Notes: generated by a model from the sequence alone, not told the origin. A stretch of DNA of 64,000 nucleotides from Candidatus Hydrogenedentota bacterium (GCA_903837785.1 CAILVY010000207.1:802-64801); one strand, 5' to 3'; positions 9,369 through 20,244 are shown, counted from the stretch's first letter. Numbers and translations: made by a program.

Positions 9369-10352
9369 TCACCACGACTTTAGTTTGTCGAGGAGCACCG
9401 CGGCGAGGATAACGAGGCCGAGGGTGACTTGCTGCCCGAAGGTTTCGACGCCAATCCAGGTGAGTCCGCTGTTGAGCATGGAGACGACGAGGAGGCCGAC
9501 GAAGGTGCCGCCGATGCTTCCGCGTCCGCCGCTGAGGCTGGTTCCGCCGACGACGACGGCGGCGATGACCCCGAGTTCGTCGCCCATGCCGACTTTGGGG
9601 CTGCCCGCGCCGAGCCGCGAGGAGAGGATGAGCCCCGCGATGATCGTGAGCATGCTGCAGAGGATGTAGACGCGCCACTTGACCCGGGCGATGTTCACGC
9701 CGCTGAGGCGCGCAGATTCCTCGTTGCCGCCGATGGCGCGGACGTGGCGTCCGAACTGGGTGTGGTTCAAGAGCAGCATGCCGCCCGCGAGCACGATGAG
9801 GAACACGGCCACGCTGACGGGAATGTGGGGGACGATCTGCTGGCGGCCGAGCCATTGATAGGCGTCGGGCAGGGGCGAGATGGGCTTGCCGTCCGTGATA
9901 AGGTTGCCGACGCCGCGAAGGCTGCTCATGAGGGCGAGCGTGGCGATGAAGGGCGGAATGTCGAAGCGGGTGATGAGGAGTCCGGAGATGCTTCCGGAGA
10001 GGGCGCCGAGGACGAGCGCGGCCGCCCAGCCGGCCACGATGTAGAGGGCGACGGCGTCGCCGCCGCTGCGCTTGACGAGCATGGCGCACACGACGCCGCC
10101 GCAGGCCATGAGCGAGCCGATGGAGAGGTCGATGCCGCCGGTGATGATGACGAAGGTCATGCCGACGGCCATGACGCCGAATTCGGCGGACTGTCCGAGC
10201 ACCCGGATGAGGTTTGGGATCGAGGCGAAACCGGGGTTGTCCTGGCGGCGTCCGAGCAGCTCGAAGACGGCGATTTCGAGAATGAGCGCCGCGAGCAGGG
10301 GCCCGTAGGCGATCAGGGCGCGCTTGAAGGCCTGTGTGCGGGCTTCAGCCAT
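9369..10352 (-). CDS. Sugar ABC transporter permease (RbsC/AraH-type, BPD_transp_2)
   Basis: The 327-aa polytopic membrane protein shares the conserved ribose/xylose-type permease core. Confidence 0.85.
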   Translation of the reverse strand: MAEARTQAFKRALIAYGPLLAALILEIAVFELLGRRQDNPGFASIPNLIRVLGQSAEFGVMAVGMTFVIITGGIDLSIGSLMACGGVVCAMLVKRSGGDAVALYIVAGWAAALVLGALSGSISGLLITRFDIPPFIATLALMSSLRGVGNLITDGKPISPLPDAYQWLGRQQIVPHIPVSVAVFLIVLAGGMLLLNHTQFGRHVRAIGGNEESARLSGVNIARVKWRVYILCSMLTIIAGLILSSRLGAGSPKVGMGDELGVIAAVVVGGTSLSGGRGSIGGTFVGLLVVSMLNSGLTWIGVETFGQQVTLGLVILAAVLLDKLKSW

Positions 10353-10383
10353 GATCAGCGGCCGGCGGTTGCTGCGGGGCGGA

Positions 10384-11892
10384 TCATGCGGCGCTGCTCA
10401 TGCCGGTGGCGAGGTGCATGATCTTCTCCTGGCTGGCCTCGTTGCGCATGAGCTGGCCCGCGAGGCGCCCTTCGTGCATGACGAGAACGCGGTCGCACAT
10501 GCCGAGGACTTCGGGGAGTTCGCTCGAGATCATGAGAATGGCCACGCCGCGGCTGACGAGCGCGTTCATGAGTTTGAAGATTTCGGCCTTGGCGCCGACG
10601 TCGATGCCGCGGGTGGGCTCGTCGAAAATGAGGACGCGCGACTGGGTGAAGAGCCACTTGGCGAGCACGACTTTCTGCTGATTCCCGCCGCTGAGGTTCT
10701 GGACGACCTGCTCGATGGAAGGCGTCTTGATCTGGAGTTCGTGGACGTATTTCTCGGCGACGCTACGCTCGAACTTGCGGTTGATGAACAGGCCCTTGAC
10801 GAGCGCGGAGAGGTTGGAGAGCGTCGTGTTCTCGCGGACAGTCATGCCGAGCACGAGCCCCTGGTTCTTGCGATCCTCCGTGAGAAGGCCGAGGCCGTTT
10901 TTGATTGCGTCCTGCGGCGAGCGGATTTCGGCGGGCTTTCCGTCGAGATAGACCTGGCCGGCGGTCTTTCGGTCCGCGCCGAAGATGGCGCGGGCGACTT
11001 CGGTCCGGCCCGCGCCGACGAGGCCGGTGAGCGCGACGATTTCGCCGGTGCGCAGGGAGAAACTGACGTCTTTGAACGCGCCCTCGCGCGACAGGCCCTC
11101 GACCCGGAGGCGCTCCTCGCCGAGTTTGAAGAATTCCTTGGGGTATTCCTCGGTAAGTTCGCGGCCAACCATCATGCGGATGATGCTTTCGCGGGTCATG
11201 CTGCTGGCCGGTTTCGTGGCGACGTGCTGGCCGTCGCGCATGACCGTCACCTGGTCGCCAATCTCGAAGACTTCTTCGAGGCGGTGCGAGATGTAGATGA
11301 GGCCGATGCCGGAAGCGCGCAGGGTGCGGATGAGGTCGAAGAGGGCGACCAATTCGTGGTCGGTGAGCGTCGCGGAGGGCTCGTCCATGACGATGATCTT
11401 CGCCTGCACGGAGAGCGCCTTGGCGATTTCAACCATCTGCTGCTGGGCCACGCTGAGTTCGTTGACGGGCCGCCGCACGTCGAGATCGACGCGGATACGC
11501 TTGAGGATTTCCTCCGAATCGCGGTACATGCGTTTCCAGTCGATGAAGGGCGAGCGGCCGATGCGCGGCTCGCGCCCGAGGAAGATGTTTTCGGCCACGC
11601 TGAGATACGGGCTGAGGTTGAACTCCTGATAGATCATGCTGATGCCGAGTTGCTGGGCATGATGCGGCGAGGTGATCACGACGGGTTCGCCGTCAATGAA
11701 GATTTCGCCGGAGTCCATGGGCTGCGCGCCGGCGAGGATTTTCATCATGGTCGATTTTCCGGCGCCGTTCTCGCCGAGCAGGCAATGCACTTCGCCGGGG
11801 CGTAGCGCGAGGTTTGCCTTGTCAAGCGCGAGCACGCCGGGGAAGCGCTTGGTGATTTGGAGCATTTCCAGGATGAATTCACTGTTCGCCAT
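10384..11892 (-). CDS. Sugar ABC transporter ATP-binding protein (RbsA/MglA-type, tandem ATPase domains)
   Basis: Two Walker A motifs (GENGAGKST; GLVGAGRTE), an LSGGNQQK signature and a D-loop are present. Length is 502 aa. Confidence 0.9.
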   Translation of the reverse strand: MANSEFILEMLQITKRFPGVLALDKANLALRPGEVHCLLGENGAGKSTMMKILAGAQPMDSGEIFIDGEPVVITSPHHAQQLGISMIYQEFNLSPYLSVAENIFLGREPRIGRSPFIDWKRMYRDSEEILKRIRVDLDVRRPVNELSVAQQQMVEIAKALSVQAKIIVMDEPSATLTDHELVALFDLIRTLRASGIGLIYISHRLEEVFEIGDQVTVMRDGQHVATKPASSMTRESIIRMMVGRELTEEYPKEFFKLGEERLRVEGLSREGAFKDVSFSLRTGEIVALTGLVGAGRTEVARAIFGADRKTAGQVYLDGKPAEIRSPQDAIKNGLGLLTEDRKNQGLVLGMTVRENTTLSNLSALVKGLFINRKFERSVAEKYVHELQIKTPSIEQVVQNLSGGNQQKVVLAKWLFTQSRVLIFDEPTRGIDVGAKAEIFKLMNALVSRGVAILMISSELPEVLGMCDRVLVMHEGRLAGQLMRNEASQEKIMHLATGMSSAA

Positions 11893-11903
11893 GGGAGCAC
11901 CTT

Positions 11904-12827
11904 CTATTTCTGCTTCAGGCTTTCCGCGTCCATGAGTCCGACTTCGACGGGGGCCAGGGACGGCACGGTTTCGCCGCGAAAATGGGCCGCGATCACGTCG
12001 ATGGTCTTCTGTCCAATCTTGTCCGGATACTGCACGGCATCGGCCTTGAGCGCCTTGCCCGCGGCGATGGCCGCCTTGGCCTCGGGCGTTCCGTCGAACC
12101 CGACAATCTTCACTTTGTCCTGGAGTCCCGCGGCCTCGACGGCGGCCAGCGCGCCGAGCGCGGAATCATCATTGATGCCGAAGATGCCGTTGAGATCGGC
12201 GTGCGCCTGGAGAATGTCCTGGGCGGCGCGCATGGCCTTGTCGCGCTGTCCTTCGCCCGGCACCTTGCCAACGATCTGGATTTCGGGGAACTTTGCCATG
12301 GTTTGCTCGAAGCCGCGGACTCGGTCCTGGGCCGAGGCGACGGTCGGGTGGTCGATGATGGCCACTTTGCCCTTGCCGTTGAGGAGTTTGGCGAGGTACT
12401 CGGCGATGATAACGCCGCCATGTTCGTTGTCGGAAGCGATATGCGAAACGACCTGCGCGCCGTGCGCCGCGATATCGGCGGTGAAGACGGGAATGTTCTT
12501 GGCGCGCGCCTCGGCGATAACCGGGTTCAGCCCGCTGGAGTCGGCCGGCGACACGATAATGGCATCGACGCCCTGGGCGATAAAGGTCTCCATCTGGTCA
12601 ATCTGCTTTCGGCTGTCGAATTCCGCATACTGGACGCGCAATTTGAAACCCTGCTTTTCGGCCTCGGACTTCATGGCCGCAACCATATCCTGAAAGAAGA
12701 CATGGGTTTGAGTGAGGAGTGCGGCGCCAATGACCTTCTCCTTGGCGGCCGGGCTCTGGGACGGGCCGCAGCCCGCCGCAATCACGGCGCAACACAGCAC
12801 ACACACCGCCACGCGGATGGCGCTCAT
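11904..12827 (-). CDS. Periplasmic monosaccharide-binding protein (RbsB-like, Peripla_BP_4), lipoprotein-type signal peptide
   Basis: The signal peptide carries a lipobox-like CGPS. The body resembles type-I periplasmic sugar-binding proteins. Confidence 0.85.
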   Translation of the reverse strand: MSAIRVAVCVLCCAVIAAGCGPSQSPAAKEKVIGAALLTQTHVFFQDMVAAMKSEAEKQGFKLRVQYAEFDSRKQIDQMETFIAQGVDAIIVSPADSSGLNPVIAEARAKNIPVFTADIAAHGAQVVSHIASDNEHGGVIIAEYLAKLLNGKGKVAIIDHPTVASAQDRVRGFEQTMAKFPEIQIVGKVPGEGQRDKAMRAAQDILQAHADLNGIFGINDDSALGALAAVEAAGLQDKVKIVGFDGTPEAKAAIAAGKALKADAVQYPDKIGQKTIDVIAAHFRGETVPSLAPVEVGLMDAESLKQK

Positions 12828-12951
12828 AGAAGAACCTCCCTGATGGAATCAATCTACTCTACTGATTCCTGCTCCCGCTTCGCAAGTGCCTCCCGCGTCG
12901 CGGGCCGAGGCGGAACTCCGTCCGGGGGCGCCCGGTTGCAGGCGGAGCATC

Positions 12952-15900
12952 CTACTTGAGCACCTCGAGTTCGGCAATGGCAACGAAGCGGTCCCCGCCG
13001 TGGCCGGAGCGCGCTTCAAAGCGGAGGTACTGGCCCTGGCGCGGCGCGCCGAAAATGATCTCCTTCGGACCGGACCCCTTGTCGAGCGTGTCTTTGGCCG
13101 CGGGCTTGCCCCAGTCTTTGCCGTCTTCGCTCACGTACACCGCGAAGGAGGAGACAAAGCCGTTGGCCACATCCTGCCGCGGCACGTAGCGCACGCCGCG
13201 GATCATCGTGGACTGCTTGAGCCTGAACTGAATCTCGTGCGGGAAGCCCGGCGCCTTGTCGCCCTCCCAGGGGGTGTGCCAGAGCGTTGCGGGATCGCCG
13301 TCGGCCGCGTTCGTCCCTTCGTAGCCGCGCGCCTCGCTGTCGACATGCACCACCTCGATTTCCGGCCGCTGAAAGAGCGGCTTCACGGCATCCATCGTCA
13401 CCTCGTCCTTCGGCGCGAAGTCCGGTGAGGCCGCATATCGGCGGAGGCTCTCCCGGAACCACGCGGCCGCGAGGCTGTCCTTCGGCCCGTTCAACGAGCA
13501 GACGAGCAGCCTGCCTTTTCCCACTTTCGCCTCAAAGACCGCCGCGAGCTTCCGGTTCTTGTTCCAGTCGTCGATCACCTGCACGATCGGCCGAAAGTCC
13601 GCGGGAAAGCAGTCAAGGCTCACGGCCGTGGACTGGTTCAGCAGGTCCCACCACTGCCAGTCCGTGTGCCCGTCGTTCGGGAACAGTCGGAGCGCGGGAT
13701 GCGCCGGATCGCAGAGGATGCCCAATTGCCGGTTCTGGCCGGGGAACCACTGCATGTTCCAGAAGATGGGTTCGAACGCGCTTCTCACGCGCACCGGCGT
13801 GGCGATGTACTGGGGAAAGAGCAACACGGCGCCCCCGTCTTCGAGCGCCTTCTCGGCCTTCGCGTCGAACTCATCGGACACGATCACCTGAGCGTCAAGG
13901 GCCGTTTCCGCGGCCGGCGCGTACACCCAGATATCCCAATGATTGCGGAAGGGCGTGTCCTTGATGGACACCGTGATCGTCAGTTTCGCCGGGGCCTTCA
14001 CTTCGGCGAGCCTCAAGTCGATCGCACCCAGTGGGATGCCGGTGCCGAAGGGAATGTCGCGCGCCTCCCAGGCGCCGGAAGCCGCTTCGCTGCCGTCGGC
14101 ATTCGTGACGGACCACTGCGGCACGGCCCCCGTGAGCGGCGCCCTGCCGAAGTGCGCGATCTGCGCCTCGGCATGGAAGGCCTCGTCCATGCTCCAGGTG
14201 TTGCGTTCCATTCGGAGCAGCGGCACGGTTTCGTTGCAGAACTCGCGGAATTGTTCCGGGGTGGCGTAGCCCTTCGAGTCCCAATAGGCGTCGAGGAAAC
14301 CCACCAGCGCCGAGCCCTGGCCGGGGAAATCCTGGAGGGACAACAACTGATACCCGGCCGTGCCGGGCGTTCGCAGGATCGTCTCGATGTCGGCCTTGTA
14401 CATCAGGAACTGGAGCGCGCCGGATGCTTTCGAGAAGGCTGCTGCCTGATCGAGCATGTGGTGCGCATCGAGCGATTCGCGAAATGTCTCGAGGTTGCGC
14501 GCGCGTAGCGTGCCCGTGTACTTCGGAATCTCGGCGTAGCTCGGATACACGCACCACTGCCCGAGTTCATGCGATACCACCGGCGCGTCGGCGTTCTTCA
14601 TGCACTCTGTGTAGTCCGCCGCCGTGCCCGGGCCGAGCGGCCCGCCGCCGTGGAGCCGGAACGGCTTGCCGAAGCGCTGATGCACCACGTGATAATCGCT
14701 GCCCGGCAGTTCCGGCCAGCCCGCGCAGGTCGTGTACAGCCGCCGTGGATCCTTCTGCTGCCAATACTTCACGATCTTCTCGAGAAACGCCCGTTTGTTC
14801 GGGCCGCTCGGCTCGTTGCCCACGGCCAGCATGCAGAAGGACGGGTGGTTGCCGTACGCCGCGAGGATGCGGTCGCTCTCATCGTAAATGAACTGATCGA
14901 GCTTCGCATCGCTGCCCAGCTCTGTCCATACGGGGGTTTCGATGTGGAACAGGATGCCGGCCCGATCCGCTGCTTCGAACGCGGCCTCGGGCGGGCACCA
15001 GGAATGAAAGCGGACGTGGTTGAGTCCATATGACTTCGCGATCGTCAGGATCCGGAGCCAGCCGTCGACGTCCATCGCCGGATAGCCGGTGTTTGGAAAG
15101 ATGCAGCACTCGAGATTGCCGCGCAGGAACGTGGGGCGTCCGTTCACGGCGATATAGCTTCCGGAACGGCCCATTTCGCGCAAGCCGAAGCGGACCTGTT
15201 TCGTGTCGGCGTACGGCTTCCCGCCGGCCGAGGCCGAAATGCTCACCGCAAGCTCATAGGTCTGGGGCGAAAACTCGTCCCACGGCCGGGCCGCGTCGCC
15301 GAGCGGAAGCTCCTGTTGAACGGCCAGACTGCTGCCCGGAGGGGCATTCAGGGGGCTCTCGGCGGGCGAATCGGCGCCGTTCACGGAGAGGGAGCAGGTG
15401 CCTGCCGCGCCGCCCGGGGTGCGGTTCCCGACGTAAACCTCGACGCGCGCCGTCCTGGCCGCCACGTTGGGGAATACGCGCACCGCGTCAATCCAGACCG
15501 GGTCCGTGGCCTGCAGCTCGATGCGCCCGACAATGCCGTTCCAGTTGCTTTGGGTGTGGCCGGTGATCGAATGCGCGTCCTTGCCCACTTTGTACTTGAT
15601 GTTGTTGTCGATGCGCAGTGTGATGCGATGCGGACCCGGCGCAAGCGCGTCGCTCAGATCGTACGTGTGCGGCGCGCAGAGGCTGTCCTGCATTCCCGCC
15701 GCCTTGCCGTCCACCCATGCCTGCGATTCCCAGTGGCAGCGTTCGAGAAAGAGCGTGATCCGCTTGCCTGCCCAGGACTCGGGAATGGCGACTTCGTGTT
15801 GAAACCACGCCGCCCCGACGTATTCGTAGACCCGGCTGAGCATATCCACCCGCCGCTCGCTCGTCTTCTGGCCATAGCCCCCCTGATCCGTCGAGCCCGG

Positions 15901-16071
15901 CAGCGCGATCGTGTCGGGCAATGCCGTGTCGAACCATTTTCCGTCCAGGCCTTCGTTCGCCGGGTCCAGTTTGAACTTCCAGTCGCCGGCCAGCGGGATT
16001 GCGGGGGGCTCTCCGGCATAGGCGCAGAGCGCGAGCGGCGCCAACAGGCAAAGCGCGATCAGGCGAGACAT
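12952..16071 (-). CDS. Glycoside hydrolase family 2 (beta-galactosidase/beta-mannosidase-like) with C-terminal F5/8 type C (discoidin) carbohydrate-binding domain
   Basis: A signal peptide (MSRLIALCLLAPLALCA) is followed by a GH2 sugar-binding domain and TIM barrel (NHVRFHSWCPPE, GNEPSG). The C-terminal ~150 aa are discoidin-like (GTNAADGDPATLWHT...). The start was chosen at the internal ATG 16071. Confidence 0.75.
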   Translation of the reverse strand: MSRLIALCLLAPLALCAYAGEPPAIPLAGDWKFKLDPANEGLDGKWFDTALPDTIALPGSTDQGGYGQKTSERRVDMLSRVYEYVGAAWFQHEVAIPESWAGKRITLFLERCHWESQAWVDGKAAGMQDSLCAPHTYDLSDALAPGPHRITLRIDNNIKYKVGKDAHSITGHTQSNWNGIVGRIELQATDPVWIDAVRVFPNVAARTARVEVYVGNRTPGGAAGTCSLSVNGADSPAESPLNAPPGSSLAVQQELPLGDAARPWDEFSPQTYELAVSISASAGGKPYADTKQVRFGLREMGRSGSYIAVNGRPTFLRGNLECCIFPNTGYPAMDVDGWLRILTIAKSYGLNHVRFHSWCPPEAAFEAADRAGILFHIETPVWTELGSDAKLDQFIYDESDRILAAYGNHPSFCMLAVGNEPSGPNKRAFLEKIVKYWQQKDPRRLYTTCAGWPELPGSDYHVVHQRFGKPFRLHGGGPLGPGTAADYTECMKNADAPVVSHELGQWCVYPSYAEIPKYTGTLRARNLETFRESLDAHHMLDQAAAFSKASGALQFLMYKADIETILRTPGTAGYQLLSLQDFPGQGSALVGFLDAYWDSKGYATPEQFREFCNETVPLLRMERNTWSMDEAFHAEAQIAHFGRAPLTGAVPQWSVTNADGSEAASGAWEARDIPFGTGIPLGAIDLRLAEVKAPAKLTITVSIKDTPFRNHWDIWVYAPAAETALDAQVIVSDEFDAKAEKALEDGGAVLLFPQYIATPVRVRSAFEPIFWNMQWFPGQNRQLGILCDPAHPALRLFPNDGHTDWQWWDLLNQSTAVSLDCFPADFRPIVQVIDDWNKNRKLAAVFEAKVGKGRLLVCSLNGPKDSLAAAWFRESLRRYAASPDFAPKDEVTMDAVKPLFQRPEIEVVHVDSEARGYEGTNAADGDPATLWHTPWEGDKAPGFPHEIQFRLKQSTMIRGVRYVPRQDVANGFVSSFAVYVSEDGKDWGKPAAKDTLDKGSGPKEIIFGAPRQGQYLRFEARSGHGGDRFVAIAELEVLK

Positions 16072-16146
16072 AAGGCGTCCTCCGGGTGGTTTTCGACGAA
16101 GGGCATTCTGGGGCAGAGGCCGCCGCGGCGTCAAGGCGCGCTCCAC

Positions 16147-16656
16147 TCAGGACGCGGGCGTCTCCGAGGCACATACGCCGCCCAGCCGCCCCAGCGACAG
16201 CGTGTAGAGGAAGCAGTCGAGGGTGTTGCCGGTGAAGTTCCCGGTCCGGATGACGCGCAGGGCGATATGCATCTGTTCGGCGAGTTCCTTGCCGTACGTG
16301 CTTTCGAGCCGCTCGACCGCCGCGGCCTCCGGCCGCCCCTCCGTCTCCGCCCAATGCTGCGCATAGAGGACGGCGGTGCGTTCCTCTTCGGGCACGCCGT
16401 CAAGCGAACCGCTCAAGATGGCCTCGATGTCCTCGCGGCTCACGCCCGCATCGAGCGCCATGCGCGTATGCGCCCGGGAACAGTAACGGCACTCGTTCAC
16501 TTCCGTCACCGCGAGCATAATCCGCTCGCGAAACTTCGGATCGAGCCCGTCGCCCCGCATCACTCTTCGCACGGCGCGCCGGTTGCCAAACAGGAATGCC
16601 AAGTCTCCGAGGAATTGGCCCAGGCTCTGATACGTGCGTTTGGGGAAGCGTTTCAT
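16147..16656 (-). CDS. Carboxymuconolactone decarboxylase (AhpD-like) family protein
   Basis: The 169-aa protein carries a CxxC-like ECRYCSRAH motif typical of the AhpD/CMD fold. Confidence 0.6.
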   Translation of the reverse strand: MKRFPKRTYQSLGQFLGDLAFLFGNRRAVRRVMRGDGLDPKFRERIMLAVTEVNECRYCSRAHTRMALDAGVSREDIEAILSGSLDGVPEEERTAVLYAQHWAETEGRPEAAAVERLESTYGKELAEQMHIALRVIRTGNFTGNTLDCFLYTLSLGRLGGVCASETPAS

Positions 16657-16774
16657 GATCCGAATCTCCCTATGGACGAGATAACCCTATTCTACGCTAT
16701 TCCTACCGCAACAACCATATCCTGTGCGCGCCCCGATTTCGCCGTTGTCATCGGCGCGCGGAGACGAAGCCACA

Positions 16775-18637
16775 CTACGAATTGCGTCGAAGCTTCTCCA
16801 AATGGATGTGCAGGATGGCGATATCGCTGGGGCGGATGCCGGGGATGCGCGCGGCCTGGCCGAAATTGACGGGCCGCACTTCTTTCAGCCGCTGGCGGCT
16901 CTCGCGCGGCAGACCGGACATGGCGTCATAATCGAGATCCTCCGGCAAGGCGAGCCGCTCGGATTTCCGGAACTTCTCGACATCTTTCGCCTGGCGTTCG
17001 AAATAGCCGTGGTACTTGATGCGAATCTCGATTTGCTCGGCGGTTTCCACGTCACACGCCTCCGGCGGCGGGGTGATCCGCCAGACGTCCTGGATGCCCA
17101 TGCCCGGCCGCCGCAGCAACTGCGCGGCGGACACCGCCATGGACAGCGGCGTTTCCCCGCGTTCATTGAGCAGTGCATCGAGGTCTTCCGAGGGGAGTAT
17201 TGTGGTCTCTTCCAGCCGCTGCATTTCGTGCGCGGCCCGGAGTTCCCGCGCCTGAATGCGCTCGCGCAGGGCGTCGTTGCCAAAACCATGGGCCGCGAGC
17301 CGCGCGTCGGCATTGTCCTGCCGCAGATGGAGCCGGTACTCCGCGCGCGAGGTGAAGAGCCGGTACGGCTCCATCACGCCGCGCGTTACGAGGTCGTCCA
17401 CCATCACGCCGAGATAGGCCTCGTGCCGGCCGATGTACAGCGGCGCGGCCCCGTCCAGATAGCGCACCGCATTGAGCGCGGCATAGAGCCCCTGGCCGGC
17501 CGCTTCTTCGTAGCCGGACGTGCCGTTGATCTGTCCGGCGTGGAAGAGGCCGCGCACGTCCTTGGTTTCGAGGTTGGGTTTGAGCTGCGTCGGCAGCACG
17601 AAATCGTATTCCACCGCGTAGCCCGGCCGGATGATCTCCGCGTTTTCGAGGCCGATCACTGTGTGGAGCATGGCGAGCTGCACGTCTTCCGGCAGGCTTG
17701 TGGACATGCCGTTCACGTAAACTTCACTCGTGTTCAGGCCTTCAGGTTCGAGGAAGATGTGATGCCGGTTCCGCTCCGGGAACTTCACGACCTTGTCCTC
17801 GATGCTTGGGCAGTAGCGCGTGCCGATGCCGTGAATCCGGCCCGAGTACAGGGGCGACCGGTCGAGATTCCGTTGTATGACTTCCTGGGTCGCCTCGCTC
17901 GTGTACGTAATCCAGCACGAAACCTGCCGGGGCCGGAACGTCTCGATGGGCGTGCTGTACGAGAAGGGGCGCGGTTCCACGTCGCCCGGCTGTTCCGTCA
18001 TGAGGGACGTGTCCAGGCTCCTGCGGTGGATGCGCGCGCAGGTCCCGGTCTTGAGCCGGCCCAGTTCGAAACCCAGCCGCCGGTAGGCCGCGCTCAGGCC
18101 GCGCGCCGGCGGATCGCCGCTGCGCCCGCCGTCCACCGTATCCATGCCGAAATGCAGCAGGCCCTGGAGGAAGGTCCCGGTGCACACGATCACCGCGTAC
18201 GCGGTGATCTCCGTTCCCAACGCCGTGACCACGCCCGCGATTGCGTCCTCGCGCACGATCAGGTCCACGGCCTCCGCCTGCCGGAGCGTCAGATTGGGTT
18301 CTTCTTCGCAGACCCGTTTCATGTCGTATTGATACGCCACCCGGTCCGCCTGGGCCCGCGGCGAATGCACGGCCGGCCCCTTCGACCGGTTCAGCATGCG
18401 GAACTGGATGCCGGTGCGGTCCGTGCAGCGTCCCATCTCCCCGCCCAGCGCATCGATCTCGCGCACGAGCTGGCCTTTCGCAATCCCGCCGATGGCCGGA
18501 TTGCACGACATCTTCCCGATGTTCTCGATCTGCATCGTGAGCAGCAGGGTACGGCGGCCCAGGCGCGCGCCGCACAACGCCGCCTCGATGCCGGCATGGC
18601 CGCCGCCCACCACAATGATGTCAAAATCGCGTTGCAT
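16775..18637 (-). CDS. mnmG: tRNA uridine-5-carboxymethylaminomethyl(34) synthesis enzyme MnmG (GidA)
   Basis: The N-terminal FAD motif [15 protein letters not shown] is present. The 620-aa protein matches MnmG throughout. Confidence 0.9.
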   Translation of the reverse strand: MQRDFDIIVVGGGHAGIEAALCGARLGRRTLLLTMQIENIGKMSCNPAIGGIAKGQLVREIDALGGEMGRCTDRTGIQFRMLNRSKGPAVHSPRAQADRVAYQYDMKRVCEEEPNLTLRQAEAVDLIVREDAIAGVVTALGTEITAYAVIVCTGTFLQGLLHFGMDTVDGGRSGDPPARGLSAAYRRLGFELGRLKTGTCARIHRRSLDTSLMTEQPGDVEPRPFSYSTPIETFRPRQVSCWITYTSEATQEVIQRNLDRSPLYSGRIHGIGTRYCPSIEDKVVKFPERNRHHIFLEPEGLNTSEVYVNGMSTSLPEDVQLAMLHTVIGLENAEIIRPGYAVEYDFVLPTQLKPNLETKDVRGLFHAGQINGTSGYEEAAGQGLYAALNAVRYLDGAAPLYIGRHEAYLGVMVDDLVTRGVMEPYRLFTSRAEYRLHLRQDNADARLAAHGFGNDALRERIQARELRAAHEMQRLEETTILPSEDLDALLNERGETPLSMAVSAAQLLRRPGMGIQDVWRITPPPEACDVETAEQIEIRIKYHGYFERQAKDVEKFRKSERLALPEDLDYDAMSGLPRESRQRLKEVRPVNFGQAARIPGIRPSDIAILHIHLEKLRRNS

Positions 18638-18791
18638 ACTGAATCCTGAACACGAAAGGAACTGTCATTATAGAAGTTGGATTCATGAGAAGTCATTCAT
18701 CGTGAAACGGACTCTGGTCCCTCTCCGAAGCAGGGTGCCTGGCTTGAGCTTCGGTTGCCGGCCCGTATAATGGGTGCAGGAAAAGCAGAAA

Positions 18792-19322
18792 ATGACCGCA
18801 AGACAACCAGTCATCCTCGGCGTGATGAGCGATACCCACGGGAACCGTGCGCTGATGTTCCGCGTGGCGGACGCCTTGATCCACACCCATCACGCGGAGG
18901 CCATCTTCCACCTGGGCGACGACTACGCCGATGTCGAAGAGCTGCGGAACGCCGGATATCCGGTTCATGGCGTGCCGGGATTGTGGTGTCGCGAATATCA
19001 CAATCCCCGCGTTCCCAACACGTTGATTGAGAACCTCAACGGATGGGTGGTGGCCGGCGCCCATGCCGCCCAGGATATCCGGGGCGCGGCCGCACGCGCG
19101 CAGATCATCCTGACCGGGCACACCCACGAGGCAGAGCTCCGCGTCGTCCGCAGGAGCCTCCGGGTGAATCCCGGGCACCTGAAAGACGCGGTCAACCGGG
19201 GCCAGCCCGCCTCGTACGCCGTGCTTGTCTTGGACGGCGATGCGGTCCGCGCGAGCGTACACGAATTGAGCGGGGCGGTCCGGCAGGAGCTGCTCGTTCA
19301 ACGGGAGGATTTGCAGGCCTAG
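18792..19322 (+). CDS. Metallophosphoesterase (YfcE-like phosphodiesterase)
   Basis: The motifs GDxHG (SDTHGN), GDD (HLGDDY) and GHTH are present. An AGGAAA RBS lies 8 nt upstream of ATG 18792. Confidence 0.7.
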   Translation: MTARQPVILGVMSDTHGNRALMFRVADALIHTHHAEAIFHLGDDYADVEELRNAGYPVHGVPGLWCREYHNPRVPNTLIENLNGWVVAGAHAAQDIRGAAARAQIILTGHTHEAELRVVRRSLRVNPGHLKDAVNRGQPASYAVLVLDGDAVRASVHELSGAVRQELLVQREDLQA

Positions 19323-19371
19323 TGCCGGCCTGGAAGGCGTGATACAATAAGGGCGAAGAAGGCGTCAAGCC

Positions 19372-20244
19372 ATGCCACACATACAGAAACTAACCTATCT
19401 CCTCCAACTCCTGGACGATGAGTCAGAGGTGGTTCGCGACGCCCTGATGAAAGAACTGGCCGCTTATGGCCCCTCCCTTGAAGAAGCGCTTGAACGCCTG
19501 CCCGTGCCGCCCGATGCCGCCCAGCGCGCAGCGATGCGCGCCCTCTTCTCCGATGCCGAGCGCTGGCATCGCGCCAAGCGGGTCTGGCTCCGGGGCGCCT
19601 GGTCCTCCTGGTACCGCATATCCGGCGAAATGGAACGTCTGGAAGCCGCCCTCGCCTTGCTGGCGGAATTCCAGGAAGGCCCCAACTTCCCGAAGACCCG
19701 GGAGCCGGTCGTGCTGAAAGCGCTGCTGGACACCCTGGCGGGCGAATTCCGTAGCCGGGAAGGCCCCAAAGGCGCCCTCGACCTCGCCCGATTCCTGTTC
19801 GAGGCCAAGGGGCTCCGCGGGGCGCGCTCGGACTATCACAACCCGCTCAACAGCAGCCTGCCCCACGTGCTGCGGAACAAACAAGGCATCCCCATCAGCC
19901 TGGCCTGCATTTACATGCTCGTGGGCTGGCGCGTGGGCCTCGAAATCCACGGATGCAACTGGCCCGGCCATTTCATGACACGGACGCGCGTGGACGGCAC
20001 GTGGATGCTCGTGGACTGTTACAACGAAGGCCACAGCCTCGATCAGGAGTCTTTCCTGAAGATGCAGGGACCATCGCGCGAGGCGGCCCAACTGATGCTC
20101 GAAGACGAGCCGACCACCCAGATCGTGGTGGCGCGCGTGCTCCACAACCTCGTCCGCGCCTACCGCCAGTTCGAGGAATGGCAGAATGCCGAATTGATGG
20201 TTGACCTGCTGAAGGACATGAAGCAGCACCTGCACGGGGCATGA
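19372..20244 (+). CDS. Transglutaminase-like superfamily protein (SirB1/YchA-type, Transglut_core2)
   Basis: Cys (SLACIYM), His (WPGHFM) and Asp (MLVDCY) lie in transglutaminase-core order. Confidence 0.5.
   Translation: MPHIQKLTYLLQLLDDESEVVRDALMKELAAYGPSLEEALERLPVPPDAAQRAAMRALFSDAERWHRAKRVWLRGAWSSWYRISGEMERLEAALALLAEFQEGPNFPKTREPVVLKALLDTLAGEFRSREGPKGALDLARFLFEAKGLRGARSDYHNPLNSSLPHVLRNKQGIPISLACIYMLVGWRVGLEIHGCNWPGHFMTRTRVDGTWMLVDCYNEGHSLDQESFLKMQGPSREAAQLMLEDEPTTQIVVARVLHNLVRAYRQFEEWQNAELMVDLLKDMKQHLHGA

Noticed and set aside
9429-11805. Long plus-strand ORFs (330 and 493 aa) over the ABC permease/ATPase genes
   Set aside because: Antisense to genes with unambiguous ABC transporter motifs. 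Asp/Glu/Ala/Gly-rich shadow frames.
16724-18649. 641-aa plus-strand ORF antisense to mnmG
   Set aside because: Shadow frame. mnmG on the minus strand is unambiguous.
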